DNA of 64,000 nucleotides from an uncultured Merdimonas sp. (GCA_944375745.1 CALWAV010000075.1:7826-71825), one strand, 5' to 3'. Shown: positions 9,300 to 19,495, counted from the first letter of the stretch. Translations and numbers: made by a program. Notes: generated by a model not told the origin, from the letters alone.

Positions 9300-10508
9300 A
9301 TGCTGATAGTGAAAAAGTTTGGCGGAACCTCCGTAGGAGACAAGGAGCGTATTTTCAATGTGGCCAGAAGATGCGCGGAGGACTTTAAAAAGGGCAACGA
9401 TATCATTGTCGTGCTTTCCGCAATGGGAAAAACCACAGATGAACTGATCGCGAAGGCGAAGGATATCAACCCGGACCCGCCAAAGCGGGAGCTGGATATG
9501 CTGCTCACCACAGGCGAGCAGGTGTCTGTAGCGCTGATGGCTATGGCTTTTGACACCATGGATATTCCGGCTGTATCTCTGAATGCCTTTCAGGTTGCCA
9601 TGCATACCACACGGGTACACGGCAATGCCCGTCTGAAGCGGATCGATACAGACCGTATCATGCATGAACTGGAGCACCGCCGGATTGTCATCGTCACCGG
9701 TTTCCAGGGAATCAATAAATATGACAACTACACGACGCTGGGCCGCGGCGGCTCTGACACCACAGCAGTAGCACTGGCGGCAGCTCTGCACGCAGACGCC
9801 TGTGAGATTTATACAGATGTGGATGGAGTCTATACGGCGGATCCCCGTGTGGTTCCCAAAGCCCGCAAGCTGGACGAGATCACCTATGATGAGATGCTGG
9901 ATCTTGCCACCCTGGGCGCCGGCGTGCTTCACAACCGGTCCGTGGAAATGGCAAAGAAATATGGCGTGCAGCTCGTGGTACGCTCAAGCTTAAATGATCA
10001 CGAAGGAACAATCGTTAAGGAGGAAACAAGCGTGGAGAGAATGTTAATCAGCGGAGTGGCGCTGGACAGAAATACAGCCAGAATTTCAGTGATCGGTCTG
10101 AAGGATGAGCCGGGAATGGCTTTCAAGCTCTTCAACCTGCTGGCAAAGGAGAATATTAATGTAGACGTAATCCTGCAGTCTATCGGCCGTGAGAACAGCA
10201 AGGATATTTCCTTTACCGTTTCCCGTGACGACGCGGACAGCGCAGTGAAGATTCTGGAGGACAATATGAACCGCATCGGCGGAAAGAGCATTTCCTGCAG
10301 AAAAGACGTGGCTAAGGTGTCCATCGTGGGCGCCGGAATGATGTCTAACCCGGGCGTGGCCGCAAAGATGTTTGAGGCTCTGTACAACAACAATATCAAT
10401 ATCAATATGATTTCCACCTCCGAGATCCGCGTGACCGTATTGATTGACGAGAGAGACGCGGAGCGGGCAGTAAATGCGGTGCATGATGCATTTGGCCTGG
10501 AGGAGTAA
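9300..10508 (+). CDS. lysC: Aspartate kinase
   Basis: KFGGTSV, TTLGRGGSDTTA and TDVDGVYTADP motifs; two C-terminal ACT domains. Confidence 0.96.
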   Translation: MLIVKKFGGTSVGDKERIFNVARRCAEDFKKGNDIIVVLSAMGKTTDELIAKAKDINPDPPKRELDMLLTTGEQVSVALMAMAFDTMDIPAVSLNAFQVAMHTTRVHGNARLKRIDTDRIMHELEHRRIVIVTGFQGINKYDNYTTLGRGGSDTTAVALAAALHADACEIYTDVDGVYTADPRVVPKARKLDEITYDEMLDLATLGAGVLHNRSVEMAKKYGVQLVVRSSLNDHEGTIVKEETSVERMLISGVALDRNTARISVIGLKDEPGMAFKLFNLLAKENINVDVILQSIGRENSKDISFTVSRDDADSAVKILEDNMNRIGGKSISCRKDVAKVSIVGAGMMSNPGVAAKMFEALYNNNININMISTSEIRVTVLIDERDAERAVNAVHDAFGLEE

Positions 10509-10609
10509 GGGAATAGCTGTAGTGCATCAGAGATAGTAGTGAGTATTATGTCTGTATATCAATAGAAAGGGTGATAAGAACATATCGATTTTATCCCCTG
10601 TTCTTTAAG

Positions 10610-10674
10610 AAAGAGACAGTCCTATAAATTCATGCTTTTAAAGTATTGAATGAATAGTGGACGGTCTCTTTTTT
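10610..10674. terminator. Large-loop hairpin with T-tract
   Basis: aaagagacagtcc ... ggacggtctcttttt. Confidence 0.5.
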
Positions 10675-10681
10675 ATGGGGC

Positions 10682-11059
10682 TGGTGTGAAATATTGAAAC
10701 CTGTTGAGGCGCAGACCGTAGCTATCTATATGACACAGTCACAGTTGCGCGGATATGACTGCCCGGCAGTAACCAGACATTCTTTTGGAAAGGGCTGCGT
10801 CTATTATGTTGGTTCACTGTATGAAAGCTATATGTATTTGGCGGAGAAAATTGCTAAAGAAGAAGGCGTTAAAAAATATGAACTTCCGGAAGAACTGGAA
10901 TGCATATCAAAAGATGACGGGAAATATCTTATTATTTTAAATCATGGAGACACAATGGAAAAAATAGAAATAAAAGGTTATCGGAGGCTGTGTGGAGCGG
11001 ATTTACCAGCGTTTGTAGGACAATATGATGCAGAGATTCTGGTACGCCAAATAACTTAG
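10682..11059 (+). pseudogene. 5'-truncated GH42 beta-galactosidase remnant (trimerisation and C-terminal domains only)
   Basis: Reads WCEILKPVEAQTVAIY..PAVTRHSFGKGCVYYVGS..YLIILNH; no RBS or catalytic domain; AT-rich. Confidence 0.7.
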
Positions 11060-11193
11060 CTGTATATGAAAAGACTGGGAAACGCTGATTTTTCTTTATA
11101 TCTAAGAAAGAAACTGTCTTGAAAATTCAATGTGTTTTCATTTCTAGATTGTATTGATACTGTGACTATTTTTTTACAGAAAAATTTTGTTGG

Positions 11194-11238
11194 AGCAAAG
11201 ACAGGCGTGGCTCTTATGAGTCATGCCTGTTTTTGCTT
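11194..11238. terminator. Strong hairpin, probably a terminator
   Basis: agcaaagacaggcgtggctc / gagtcatgcctgtttttgct. Confidence 0.6.
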
Positions 11239-11345
11239 GAGATTATACATTTTAAGAGGACCTGTGTATGATAATACTTTTGCCTGAATTCGGTTTGTTA
11301 CCGAAGGTGAGACGGCATCTGCATTTTGCCTTTAAATATTGATAT

Positions 11346-11478
11346 TTATAAGGGAAACAATCCCAGCACCAGCGTTCGCAAAGATAAGCGGAATGTGAGA
11401 GCCCAGGGCTTCCGGAATCAGGCTGGCCATATTGGCGGCCAGTGCATCGGCCATACCGCTTTCTGTCAGCATATTCAT
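11346..11478 (-). pseudogene. Probable CitMHS-type citrate transporter remnant
   Basis: Reads MNMLTESGMADALAANMASLIPEALGSHIPLIFA, then shifts frame into a TLVLGLFPL* C-terminus; family recognised from memory. Confidence 0.45.
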
Positions 11479-11529
11479 GAGTCGGCTGGGAAAAAGCAGC
11501 AAAGACGGGGAAGAGACAGGCCCCTGGGC

Positions 11530-12318
11530 CTAAGCGGACTCCCAGAAATTTTCCGCGTCTGTTTTTTGAGTTGTGGAGGCTGTCTGCCCTTTCAGTTCCA
11601 GATACACTTGTCCCATGGCTGTGTGAAAATAGGGCCGGATCCAGAGAAAGCCGATTCCCAGCGACCCCAGGCCCAGAAGAAACAGGGGCAGATATCCAAG
11701 CCAGAGAAGGAAGACCCGTCCGTGGTTTCCGCGCATCAGCTTCCGGCTGGTCCGCAGAGCCTGGACAGGAGAAAGATCCGGATCGTCCAGAAGCACATAG
11801 ACAGCCAGACAGTAGGGCAGGGCAAATAAAACTGCCGGAATCAGGGCTGCCAGCGCCAATAGAAGCGCCAGGCCGGCATTGCGGAACAGATCTGCCGGAA
11901 TATTGGCGGGGTCGATGACCAGCGGAATACGCATATAAAAGTACAGCGCGGGCACGAACCAGATCAGCGTGACCAGATACCGGAAAGCATAGGTCAGGAT
12001 AAAGGTATCAGACTGATTCCGGAAGGCGTAAAACAGAAGGCCCCGTTCGCGCAGAGGTTCTTTCCGGCACAGTGAGTAGAGAAAACGGATCAGCCCTGTC
12101 TCAAACAAAGCGTTTAAAAGCAGAGTGATGATGTATAAAACCCAGTATAATACTTGATTCAGAGGGCGGGTGGAAGGATACAGGCCGCTGCTGTCCAGAA
12201 GCAGTGTCAGGGCAGCGGAAAACAGAGCCAGGCTTAAGGTCATGCTGACTGCCGGAACATAGTTTCCAGTCAGAGCCATCCGTGCTCTCCGCTTTATTTC
12301 TTTGGAACCTGTTTTCAT
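11530..12318 (-). CDS. DUF975-family membrane protein
   Basis: EIKRRARMAL N-terminus; ALRTSRKLMRG and LWIRPY motifs. Confidence 0.85.
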   Translation of the reverse strand: MKTGSKEIKRRARMALTGNYVPAVSMTLSLALFSAALTLLLDSSGLYPSTRPLNQVLYWVLYIITLLLNALFETGLIRFLYSLCRKEPLRERGLLFYAFRNQSDTFILTYAFRYLVTLIWFVPALYFYMRIPLVIDPANIPADLFRNAGLALLLALAALIPAVLFALPYCLAVYVLLDDPDLSPVQALRTSRKLMRGNHGRVFLLWLGYLPLFLLGLGSLGIGFLWIRPYFHTAMGQVYLELKGQTASTTQKTDAENFWESA

Positions 12319-12701
12319 AATGCGCCTCCTGTAGTGAATGAATTCATGTACTGATCCATAAGGTCATAGAGTGCCTGCTGCAGGGCTTCCGGATCGAGGG
12401 CGGTTTCCAGACCGAACAGCCGGATCGCCATATACATGCCCAAAAAGGCAAGTATCATAATGAGTACGCAGACGACCAGGGAAAATACGGAAGTGCCGAT
12501 GCCGGCTATGGCCTGTCCGGAAAAACGGACGCCTCCGCCCTTGGACAGATGGGCGAACAGGATGCTCAGGCAGCTGGTGCAGACTGCCAGCAGCAGCGCG
12601 GGAGTGCCCAGCAGGAAAAACAGAACTGCGCATATGGAAGACAGAATGCCGGCGTACTGGGACGCGGCAGCCATGGAGTTATGTTTAGTTTGTTCTGGCA
12701 T
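12315..12701 (-). CDS. Small membrane protein (DUF4190-like)
   Basis: MA.AS...GI.S and AIAGI hydrophobic pattern; AGGAGG RBS places the start at 12701; 4-nt overlap with the DUF975 gene. Confidence 0.7.
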   Translation of the reverse strand: MPEQTKHNSMAAASQYAGILSSICAVLFFLLGTPALLLAVCTSCLSILFAHLSKGGGVRFSGQAIAGIGTSVFSLVVCVLIMILAFLGMYMAIRLFGLETALDPEALQQALYDLMDQYMNSFTTGGAL

Positions 12702-12832
12702 AAAGCAGCCTCCTTGAAAACGAAATTCTTTTTCTATACTAACACAGCCCCGGAGGAAAAACAAATGCTTCTTGCGGCGGGGCGCGTTTTTGCCTATAAT
12801 AAATGGCAGATATGACGGAGGAGAGAAATTTT

Positions 12833-14977
12833 ATGGATATTTTAAAGAAACTGACAGAAGAGCTTGGCATCAAGCTGTGGCAGACAGAGGCGGCAGTAAA
12901 GCTGATTGATGAGGGAAACACGATCCCTTTTATTTCCCGTTACCGGAAAGAAGCCACGGGCTCTCTGAACGATGAGATTTTAAGAAATTTAAATGAGCGC
13001 CTGTCTTATCTGCGGGGACTTGAGGATAAAAAGACCCAGGTGCTGGGAAGCATAGAAGAGCAGGGAAAGCTGACCGAAGAGCTGAAAAACCAGATTCTGG
13101 CGGCAGAGACTCTGGTGGCTGTAGAGGATTTGTACCGGCCTTACCGGCCCAAACGGCGGACCCGGGCTACGATTGCAAAGGAGAAAGGACTGGAAGGACT
13201 GGCGGATATCATTCGGCTTCAGCTTACGAAGAACCCCCTGGAAGAGGAGGCCAAGGCCTATCTCTCTGAAGAAAAGGGAGTTTTGACTGTGGAGGAGGCT
13301 ATTGCCGGAGCCGGGGATATTCTGGCGGAGGCTGTCTCCGATGAAGCAGATTACCGGACTTATATCCGAAAGGCCACCTTTGAGGAAGGGCAGCTCTGCT
13401 CGGAGGCCAAGGATGAAAAAGCCGAGACGGTCTATGAGATGTATTATCATTATGAGGAGCCCGTAAAGAAAGCGGCGGGCCATCGGATTCTGGCCCTGAA
13501 CCGGGGAGAAGCCGAGAAGGTTCTGACGGTGCGGGTCGAGGCGCCGGAGGACCGGATTCTCCGGTACCTGGAAAAGAAACTGATCGTCCGGGACAATCCG
13601 TATACTACGCCGGTTCTGAAGGAAGTGATTGCGGACAGCTACCGGCGTCTGATTGCGCCCTCCATTGAGAGGGAAATCCGGAATGAATTGACGGAAAAGG
13701 CAGAGGACGGCGCCATCCGGGTCTTTGGAAAGAATCTGGAGCAGCTTCTGATGCAGCCGCCCATCGCGGGCCAGGTGGTTCTCGGCTGGGATCCTGCTTT
13801 CCGGACCGGCTGTAAGCTGGCTGTGGTGGATGCCACAGGCAAGGTCCTGGATACGACGGTCATCTATCCTACGGCGCCCCAGAATAAAGTGGCTGAGGCA
13901 AAGGCGGTTCTGAAAAAGCTGATTCAGAAATACGGTATTTCCCTGATTTCTCTTGGAAATGGAACAGCTTCCAGAGAGTCTGAGCGCGTCATTGTGGATC
14001 TGATAAAGGAGCTTCCGGTTCCTGTGAAATATGTGATTGTGAACGAGGCGGGAGCCTCTGTCTACTCTGCCAGCAAGCTTGCCACAGAGGAATTTCCGAA
14101 CTTTGATGTGGGCCAGCGAAGCGCCGCGTCCATTGCCAGAAGACTGCAGGATCCCCTGGCGGAGCTGGTGAAAATTGATCCCAAATCCATCGGCGTAGGC
14201 CAGTATCAGCATGATATGAATCAGAAAAAGCTCAGCGAAGCCCTGTCCGGCGTGGTGGAGGACTGCGTAAACAAAGTGGGCGTGGATTTGAATACAGCCT
14301 CGGCGTCTCTTCTGGAATATGTGTCCGGCATCAGCAAGACTCTGGCAAAAAACATCGTGGCTTACCGGGAAGAGAATGGCCGGTTTGAGAACAGAAAGCA
14401 GCTTCTGAAGGTATCCAAGCTGGGGCCCAAGGCCTTTGAGCAGTGCGCGGGATTCCTGCGTATCACAGGCGGAGACAACCCCCTTGACGCCACCAGCGTG
14501 CATCCGGAATCCTATGCGAGTGCGGAAAAGCTTCTGGCTTCCATGGGACTTTCCCGGGAAGAGCTGACAAAGGGCGGAATCCGGGGGCTTTCCGGAAAGG
14601 TGCATGATTACGGAAAGCTGGCGGAGAAGCTGGAGATTGGAGAGCCTACTCTGCGGGATATTGTAAAGGAACTGGAAAAGCCCGGCCGGGATCCCAGAGA
14701 TGAGATGCCCCGCCCGATTCTGCGCACGGATGTGCTGGAAATGAAGGATCTGAAGCCAGGCATGGTTCTGAAGGGAACGGTCCGGAATGTGATAGATTTC
14801 GGTGTGTTTGTGGATATCGGAGTCCATCAGGACGGACTGGTTCACATTTCCCAGATTACCGATCGGTATATTAAGCATCCCCTGGAGGTCCTGAGCGTGG
14901 GAGATATTGTGGATGTAAAGGTGCTGAGCGTGGATTTGCAGAAGAAGCGGATCGCGTTGACCATGAAGGGGTTCTAA
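12833..14977 (+). CDS. tex: Tex-family RNA-binding transcriptional accessory protein
   Basis: GNTIPFISRYRKE, DPAFRTGCK, EAGASVYSAS and HhH motifs; C-terminal S1 domain. Confidence 0.95.
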   Translation: MDILKKLTEELGIKLWQTEAAVKLIDEGNTIPFISRYRKEATGSLNDEILRNLNERLSYLRGLEDKKTQVLGSIEEQGKLTEELKNQILAAETLVAVEDLYRPYRPKRRTRATIAKEKGLEGLADIIRLQLTKNPLEEEAKAYLSEEKGVLTVEEAIAGAGDILAEAVSDEADYRTYIRKATFEEGQLCSEAKDEKAETVYEMYYHYEEPVKKAAGHRILALNRGEAEKVLTVRVEAPEDRILRYLEKKLIVRDNPYTTPVLKEVIADSYRRLIAPSIEREIRNELTEKAEDGAIRVFGKNLEQLLMQPPIAGQVVLGWDPAFRTGCKLAVVDATGKVLDTTVIYPTAPQNKVAEAKAVLKKLIQKYGISLISLGNGTASRESERVIVDLIKELPVPVKYVIVNEAGASVYSASKLATEEFPNFDVGQRSAASIARRLQDPLAELVKIDPKSIGVGQYQHDMNQKKLSEALSGVVEDCVNKVGVDLNTASASLLEYVSGISKTLAKNIVAYREENGRFENRKQLLKVSKLGPKAFEQCAGFLRITGGDNPLDATSVHPESYASAEKLLASMGLSREELTKGGIRGLSGKVHDYGKLAEKLEIGEPTLRDIVKELEKPGRDPRDEMPRPILRTDVLEMKDLKPGMVLKGTVRNVIDFGVFVDIGVHQDGLVHISQITDRYIKHPLEVLSVGDIVDVKVLSVDLQKKRIALTMKGF

Positions 14978-14978
14978 C

Positions 14979-15007
14979 TTGCAATCTCCCTGCCTGTATA
15001 CTATAAT
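14979..15007 (+). promoter_or_regulatory. Sigma-A promoter of folC-pheA-degV
   Basis: TTGCAA, 17 nt, TATAAT. Confidence 0.7.
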
Positions 15008-15041
15008 GAATACGGATTTTAACAGGAAGAGGCGGGCAGAA

Positions 15042-16328
15042 ATGACCTACGAAGAAGCAAGAGAGTTTATAGATGATACAGCCAGATACGGAGCGGTTCT
15101 GGGGCTGGACGCGGTGACAGAGCTGATGCGCCGTCTGGGAAATCCCCAGGACGATCTGAAATTTGTACACATTGCCGGAACCAATGGCAAAGGATCCACA
15201 CTGGCTTATATTTCCACGATTCTGAAGGAGGCCGGATACCGGGTGGGCCGGTATATCTCGCCGACGATTTTTGATTACCGGGAACGGATTCAGGTGGGTG
15301 AGGAATATATCACGAAAGAAGGAGTCGCGCGTCTGACGGAACAGATCCGGGAGGCCTGTGAGCAGATGGTGAAGGACGGCTTCTCCCATCCCACCACCTT
15401 TGAGGTGGAGACGGCCATGGCGCTTCTGTGGTTTCGGGAGGCAAAATGTGATATCGTGGTGCTGGAATGTGGCATGGGAGGCCTCACTGACGCCACCAAT
15501 GTGGTAAAAACCACGCTGGTCTCCGTTTTCACGGAGATAGGGATGGATCATATGGGATTTCTGGGGAATACGGTGCAGGAAATCGCCCAGGTGAAGGCAG
15601 GAATCATAAAGCCCGGCTCTATGGCGGTCAGCGCGGTACAGGTCCCGGAGGTAAGAGAGGTTCTGGTAATGACCTGTGAAGAAAAGCAGGCCCGTTTCCG
15701 GGAGGTCTGTAAAGATGAGATTCGGGATGTTCGCTATGGCTTTGAAGATCAGAGTTTTACTTACAGAGGAATGAAAGGACTGCAGCCCGGGCTTGCCGGA
15801 AGCTGGCAGATTGACAACGCGGCTCTGGCTGTGGAAGCAGTGCTGGCCCTTGGAGAATGCGGGTTTCCGGTGACGGAACAGCAGCTGCGGAAGGGACTGC
15901 TGAAAACCGTATGGCCCGGCAGATTTATGACAGTGGCCCGCCATCCCCTGTTTGTGGCAGACGGCGCCCATAACCGGGACGCGGCGGACCGGCTCCGGGA
16001 GACTCTGGATTTGTATTTCCCGGATAAGAGAAAGATTTTTATCGCCGGAGTATTGGCGGATAAGGAATATGACTATATCATGAGCCGGCTTGCGCCGCTG
16101 GCCGCGCGGATCATCACAGTCATGACGCCGGACAATCCCCGGGCGCTTCCGGCGGAAAGCCTGGCGGAGGATATCCGGAAATACAACGATCAGGTGGAAG
16201 CGGCAGACAGCTTAAGGGATGCGGTGCGCAGGGCCCGGGCCTACGCAGGGGAAAAGGACCTGATTCTGGCCTTTGGCTCCCTGTCCTATCTGGGAGATTT
16301 GATTCGGGAAGTGCGGATGTACAGATAG
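15042..16328 (+). CDS. folC: Folylpolyglutamate synthase / dihydrofolate synthase
   Basis: HIAGTNGKGS, ECGMGGLTDATN, WPGRF, DGAHN and FGSLSY motifs. Confidence 0.94.
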   Translation: MTYEEAREFIDDTARYGAVLGLDAVTELMRRLGNPQDDLKFVHIAGTNGKGSTLAYISTILKEAGYRVGRYISPTIFDYRERIQVGEEYITKEGVARLTEQIREACEQMVKDGFSHPTTFEVETAMALLWFREAKCDIVVLECGMGGLTDATNVVKTTLVSVFTEIGMDHMGFLGNTVQEIAQVKAGIIKPGSMAVSAVQVPEVREVLVMTCEEKQARFREVCKDEIRDVRYGFEDQSFTYRGMKGLQPGLAGSWQIDNAALAVEAVLALGECGFPVTEQQLRKGLLKTVWPGRFMTVARHPLFVADGAHNRDAADRLRETLDLYFPDKRKIFIAGVLADKEYDYIMSRLAPLAARIITVMTPDNPRALPAESLAEDIRKYNDQVEAADSLRDAVRRARAYAGEKDLILAFGSLSYLGDLIREVRMYR

Positions 16329-16373
16329 AAGATGCGGAGATAGAGAATACAGACAGTAAGAGAGGAACATGGG

Positions 16374-17501
16374 ATGAGAGATTTGGCGGAGCTCCGGCTC
16401 GAGATAGATAAAATTGACAGACAGATGGTGGAGCTGTTTGAGCAGCGCATGGATGTTTCCAAAGAGGTGGCCGAGTATAAGGTGGCTGCCGGGAAAAAGA
16501 TCCTGGATAAAGAGCGGGAAAACCAGAAGCTGGAAGCTGTGAAGGCAATGACTCATACAGACTTCAACAGGCATGGAGTGGAAGAGCTTTACAAGCAGCT
16601 GATGGCCATGAGCCGGAAGCTTCAGTATCAGATGATGGAGGAGCATGCTCTGGGCCGCCTTCCCTTTGTGATGGTGGATAAGATTGAAAAGGAAAATGTC
16701 CGGGTGGTCTACCAGGGCGTGGAGGGGGCTTATGCCCAGCAGGCCATGTTCGCTTTCTTCGGGGAGGAAGTCAGCCATTTCCATGTGGAGCGCTGGCGGG
16801 ATGCCATGGATGCCATCGCGGAGGGCATGGCGGATTACGCGGTGCTTCCCATCGAAAACTCCACGGCTGGAATCGTAAATGACAATTATGATCTGCTGGA
16901 GGAGTATGACAATTATATCGTGGGTGAGCAGATCCTTTCCATTCAGCACGCGCTTCTGGGAACCCAGGACGCGGAGCTGTCAGATATCCGGACAGTCTAC
17001 TCCCATCCCCAGGGACTGATGCAGTGCGCCAAATATCTGGATGCCCATCGGGACTGGAGGCAGGTCAGCCTTTTAAATACTGCCGTTGCGGCCAGAAAGG
17101 TGGCGGAGGACGGGGATAAATCCCAGGCGGCCATCGCAAGCGTGCTGGCGGGGAAACAGAACGGACTGAAAGTGCTGGCTGAGGGCATCAATCAGAGCGG
17201 CCTCAATTCCACCCGTTTTCTGATTGTCACCAATCAGCCGGTATTCTGTAAGGACGCGAAGAAGGTCAGCATCTGCTTTGAGGTGCCCCACGAAAGCGGA
17301 AGCCTGTACAATGTGCTTTCCCATTTCATTTACAACAATCTGAATATGAGCCGGATTGAGTCCAGGCCTATCGCGGATCGGAACTGGGAATACCACTTCT
17401 TTGTGGACTTTGAGGGAAATTTAAATGACAGCGCGGTAAAAAATGCCCTGCGGGGAATCCGCGAGGAGGCGCTGAATTTAAAAATATTAGGAAATTATTA
17501 A
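16374..17501 (+). CDS. pheA: Chorismate mutase / prephenate dehydratase
   Basis: LRLEIDKID CM domain; YQGVEGAY, PIENS, SHPQ, TRF and ESRP motifs. Confidence 0.95.
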   Translation: MRDLAELRLEIDKIDRQMVELFEQRMDVSKEVAEYKVAAGKKILDKERENQKLEAVKAMTHTDFNRHGVEELYKQLMAMSRKLQYQMMEEHALGRLPFVMVDKIEKENVRVVYQGVEGAYAQQAMFAFFGEEVSHFHVERWRDAMDAIAEGMADYAVLPIENSTAGIVNDNYDLLEEYDNYIVGEQILSIQHALLGTQDAELSDIRTVYSHPQGLMQCAKYLDAHRDWRQVSLLNTAVAARKVAEDGDKSQAAIASVLAGKQNGLKVLAEGINQSGLNSTRFLIVTNQPVFCKDAKKVSICFEVPHESGSLYNVLSHFIYNNLNMSRIESRPIADRNWEYHFFVDFEGNLNDSAVKNALRGIREEALNLKILGNY

Positions 17502-17513
17502 GGAGGAGTCAGA

Positions 17514-18389
17514 ATGAATCCATATGTAATTATGACCGACACCACAGCGGACCTGCCGGAAAGCTACATTCAGGAACATCAGCTTGCGATCCTTTCCTTA
17601 AGCTATACGATTGAAGGAAAAACCTATGATCGGGAGAATCCCCTGGACGTCAGAGAGTTTTACGCGAAAATGCGGGACGGCTCCATGCCTACCACATCCC
17701 AGGTAAATCCGGAACAGGCAAAGGCAGCCTTTACAGCCTGCCTGAAAGAGGGAAAGGATGTACTTTATATTGCCTTTTCCTCAGGATTGAGCGGCACCTG
17801 CGGCAGCGGTATGGTGGCGGCACAGGAGATTCAGGAAGAAGGGGAGTATCCAGGGCAGAAAATTGTCGTGATTGACTCTTTAAGCGCCTCTCTGGGCGAG
17901 GGCCTTCTGGTGCATAAGGCAGTTATGCTGAAAGAGGCCGGAAAATCCATGGAAGAGGTGGCAGACTGGGTGGAGAAAAACAAGCTGCATCTGTGCCACA
18001 ACTTTACAGTGGATGATCTGTTCCATCTGCACCGGGGCGGCCGTGTATCCAAGGCAACCGCGATTCTGGGAACCATGATCAATATCAAGCCGGTGCTTCA
18101 TGTGGACGATGAAGGCCATCTGATTGCCATCGGAAAGGTCCGGGGACGGAAAAAATCCTTGTCTGCCCTGGTGGACCGTATGGCAGAGCAGATAAAAGGC
18201 TATGAGGATCAGAATGATGTAGTCTTCATCAGCCACGGCGACTGCATGGAGGATGCGGAGTATGTGAAAAAGCTGGTGCAAGAGCGCTTCGGCATCGAAA
18301 AGTTTGTCATCAACCATGTGGGGCCCACCATCGGAGCTCATTCCGGGCCTGGTACGGTGGCTCTGTTCTTTATGGGAAATCCCAGGTAG
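17514..18389 (+). CDS. DegV-family fatty-acid-binding protein (FakB-like)
   Basis: TDTTADL, PTTSQ, SSGLSGT, GGRVS and IGAHSGPG motifs. Confidence 0.92.
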   Translation: MNPYVIMTDTTADLPESYIQEHQLAILSLSYTIEGKTYDRENPLDVREFYAKMRDGSMPTTSQVNPEQAKAAFTACLKEGKDVLYIAFSSGLSGTCGSGMVAAQEIQEEGEYPGQKIVVIDSLSASLGEGLLVHKAVMLKEAGKSMEEVADWVEKNKLHLCHNFTVDDLFHLHRGGRVSKATAILGTMINIKPVLHVDDEGHLIAIGKVRGRKKSLSALVDRMAEQIKGYEDQNDVVFISHGDCMEDAEYVKKLVQERFGIEKFVINHVGPTIGAHSGPGTVALFFMGNPR

Positions 18390-18444
18390 GCGGTAGGCAG
18401 AGCAGGCCTTACAAAACAGCTCATGATAAGTATTAGGCGTCCAA

Positions 18445-19290
18445 TCAGGGCGCCTTTCTCAGATCTTCCAGAACTGAATAGGGAATCTTCAGGTTTCCGC
18501 GGCCGCTGCCAATCTCCAGCAGCGGCTTGTTTTTTCCATGAAAGTCAGAGCCGCCGGAAATCTTCAGGTCCAGCTTTCTGGCCAGGCGGCGCATATTGCT
18601 TTCGTCCAGGCCTGCATTGGAAGAATAAATGGCTTCTATGGCCTGAAGGCCGGCTTCCTTCAGGCAGCGGGTCATGTCCTCCAGCTCTTCCGGTGTCATA
18701 TGATAGAGAAGGGGATGGGCTAGAACAGGTATGCCGCCTGCGCCCAGAATCAGCCGGATGGCGGTCTGGGGACGTGTCTTCTTTTTTTCCACAAAGCAAG
18801 GGCAGCCGTCGCCGAGATAGCGGTCAAAGGCTTCGGAAATGGACTTCACACAGCCGTGCTCGAAGAGCCAGCGGCCGAAATGGGCTCTGGTGATGACCGT
18901 ATGTTCTCCGTAGGCCCTTTTCAAATCTTCCATGGTAATGTCAAAGCCGCCGATTCTGCGGAGAAGCTCCAGCATTTCTTCGTTGCGGGCGTTCCGGTTC
19001 TTTCGGAAGGACTGGAGCTTTGCAGCCAGCTCTTTCTCTTCCGGATCGATATCCAGGCCCACGATATGGATGTCCCGTCCTTCATAGTCTGTGGAGAATT
19101 CGATGCCGGGAACAAATTCCACACCGTATTCCGCGGCCGCAGCCGCGGCCTCTGCGAGCCCGTCCATAGTGTCGTGATCCGTCAGGGCAAAAGCAGCCAG
19201 GCTCTTTCCGGCCGCATGAGCAGCCAGCTCGGAAGGGGTAAAAGTGCCGTCAGAACAGGTGGAATGAGTATGCAGATCGATGTATTTCAT
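18445..19290 (-). CDS. PHP-domain phosphoesterase (TrpH/YciV-like)
   Basis: DLHTHSTCSDG, LTDHDT, LAHP and GGSDFHG motifs; AAAGGAG RBS before 19290. Confidence 0.9.
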   Translation of the reverse strand: MKYIDLHTHSTCSDGTFTPSELAAHAAGKSLAAFALTDHDTMDGLAEAAAAAAEYGVEFVPGIEFSTDYEGRDIHIVGLDIDPEEKELAAKLQSFRKNRNARNEEMLELLRRIGGFDITMEDLKRAYGEHTVITRAHFGRWLFEHGCVKSISEAFDRYLGDGCPCFVEKKKTRPQTAIRLILGAGGIPVLAHPLLYHMTPEELEDMTRCLKEAGLQAIEAIYSSNAGLDESNMRRLARKLDLKISGGSDFHGKNKPLLEIGSGRGNLKIPYSVLEDLRKAP

Positions 19291-19363
19291 ATGATGAAAG
19301 CTCCTTTCAGAAGTTATTATAGCCTGAAGACGGCGGGATACGCAAGGGGATGGCAGATCCGTC

Positions 19364-19423
19364 TTGACAATTATATTCGGCAAGTGTAGAATATGGAAAA
19401 AGATATTCTGCATTTGCCGAATA
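19364..19423 (+). promoter_or_regulatory. blaI-like promoter with two inverted operator copies
   Basis: TTGACA, 17 nt, TAGAAT; tattcggcaagtgtagaatat (19374-19394) and atattctgcatttgccgaata (19403-19423) are 19/21 reverse complements, each itself an imperfect palindrome. Confidence 0.75.
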
Positions 19424-19495
19424 ATCTTTGTTCTCCGCGTGAGAGGACGGAGATCTTATCCGGCTTTGCAGCCAGCGGAAGGGAGATGAGGGAGG

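Noticed and set aside
12989-14878. Long antisense ORFs (629 aa here; also 35862-37601, 34355-35854, 49758-51101, 54752-55975, 3493-4698 and others)
   Set aside because: They shadow well-recognised genes on the opposite strand, have no motifs or RBS, and are expected from biased codon usage
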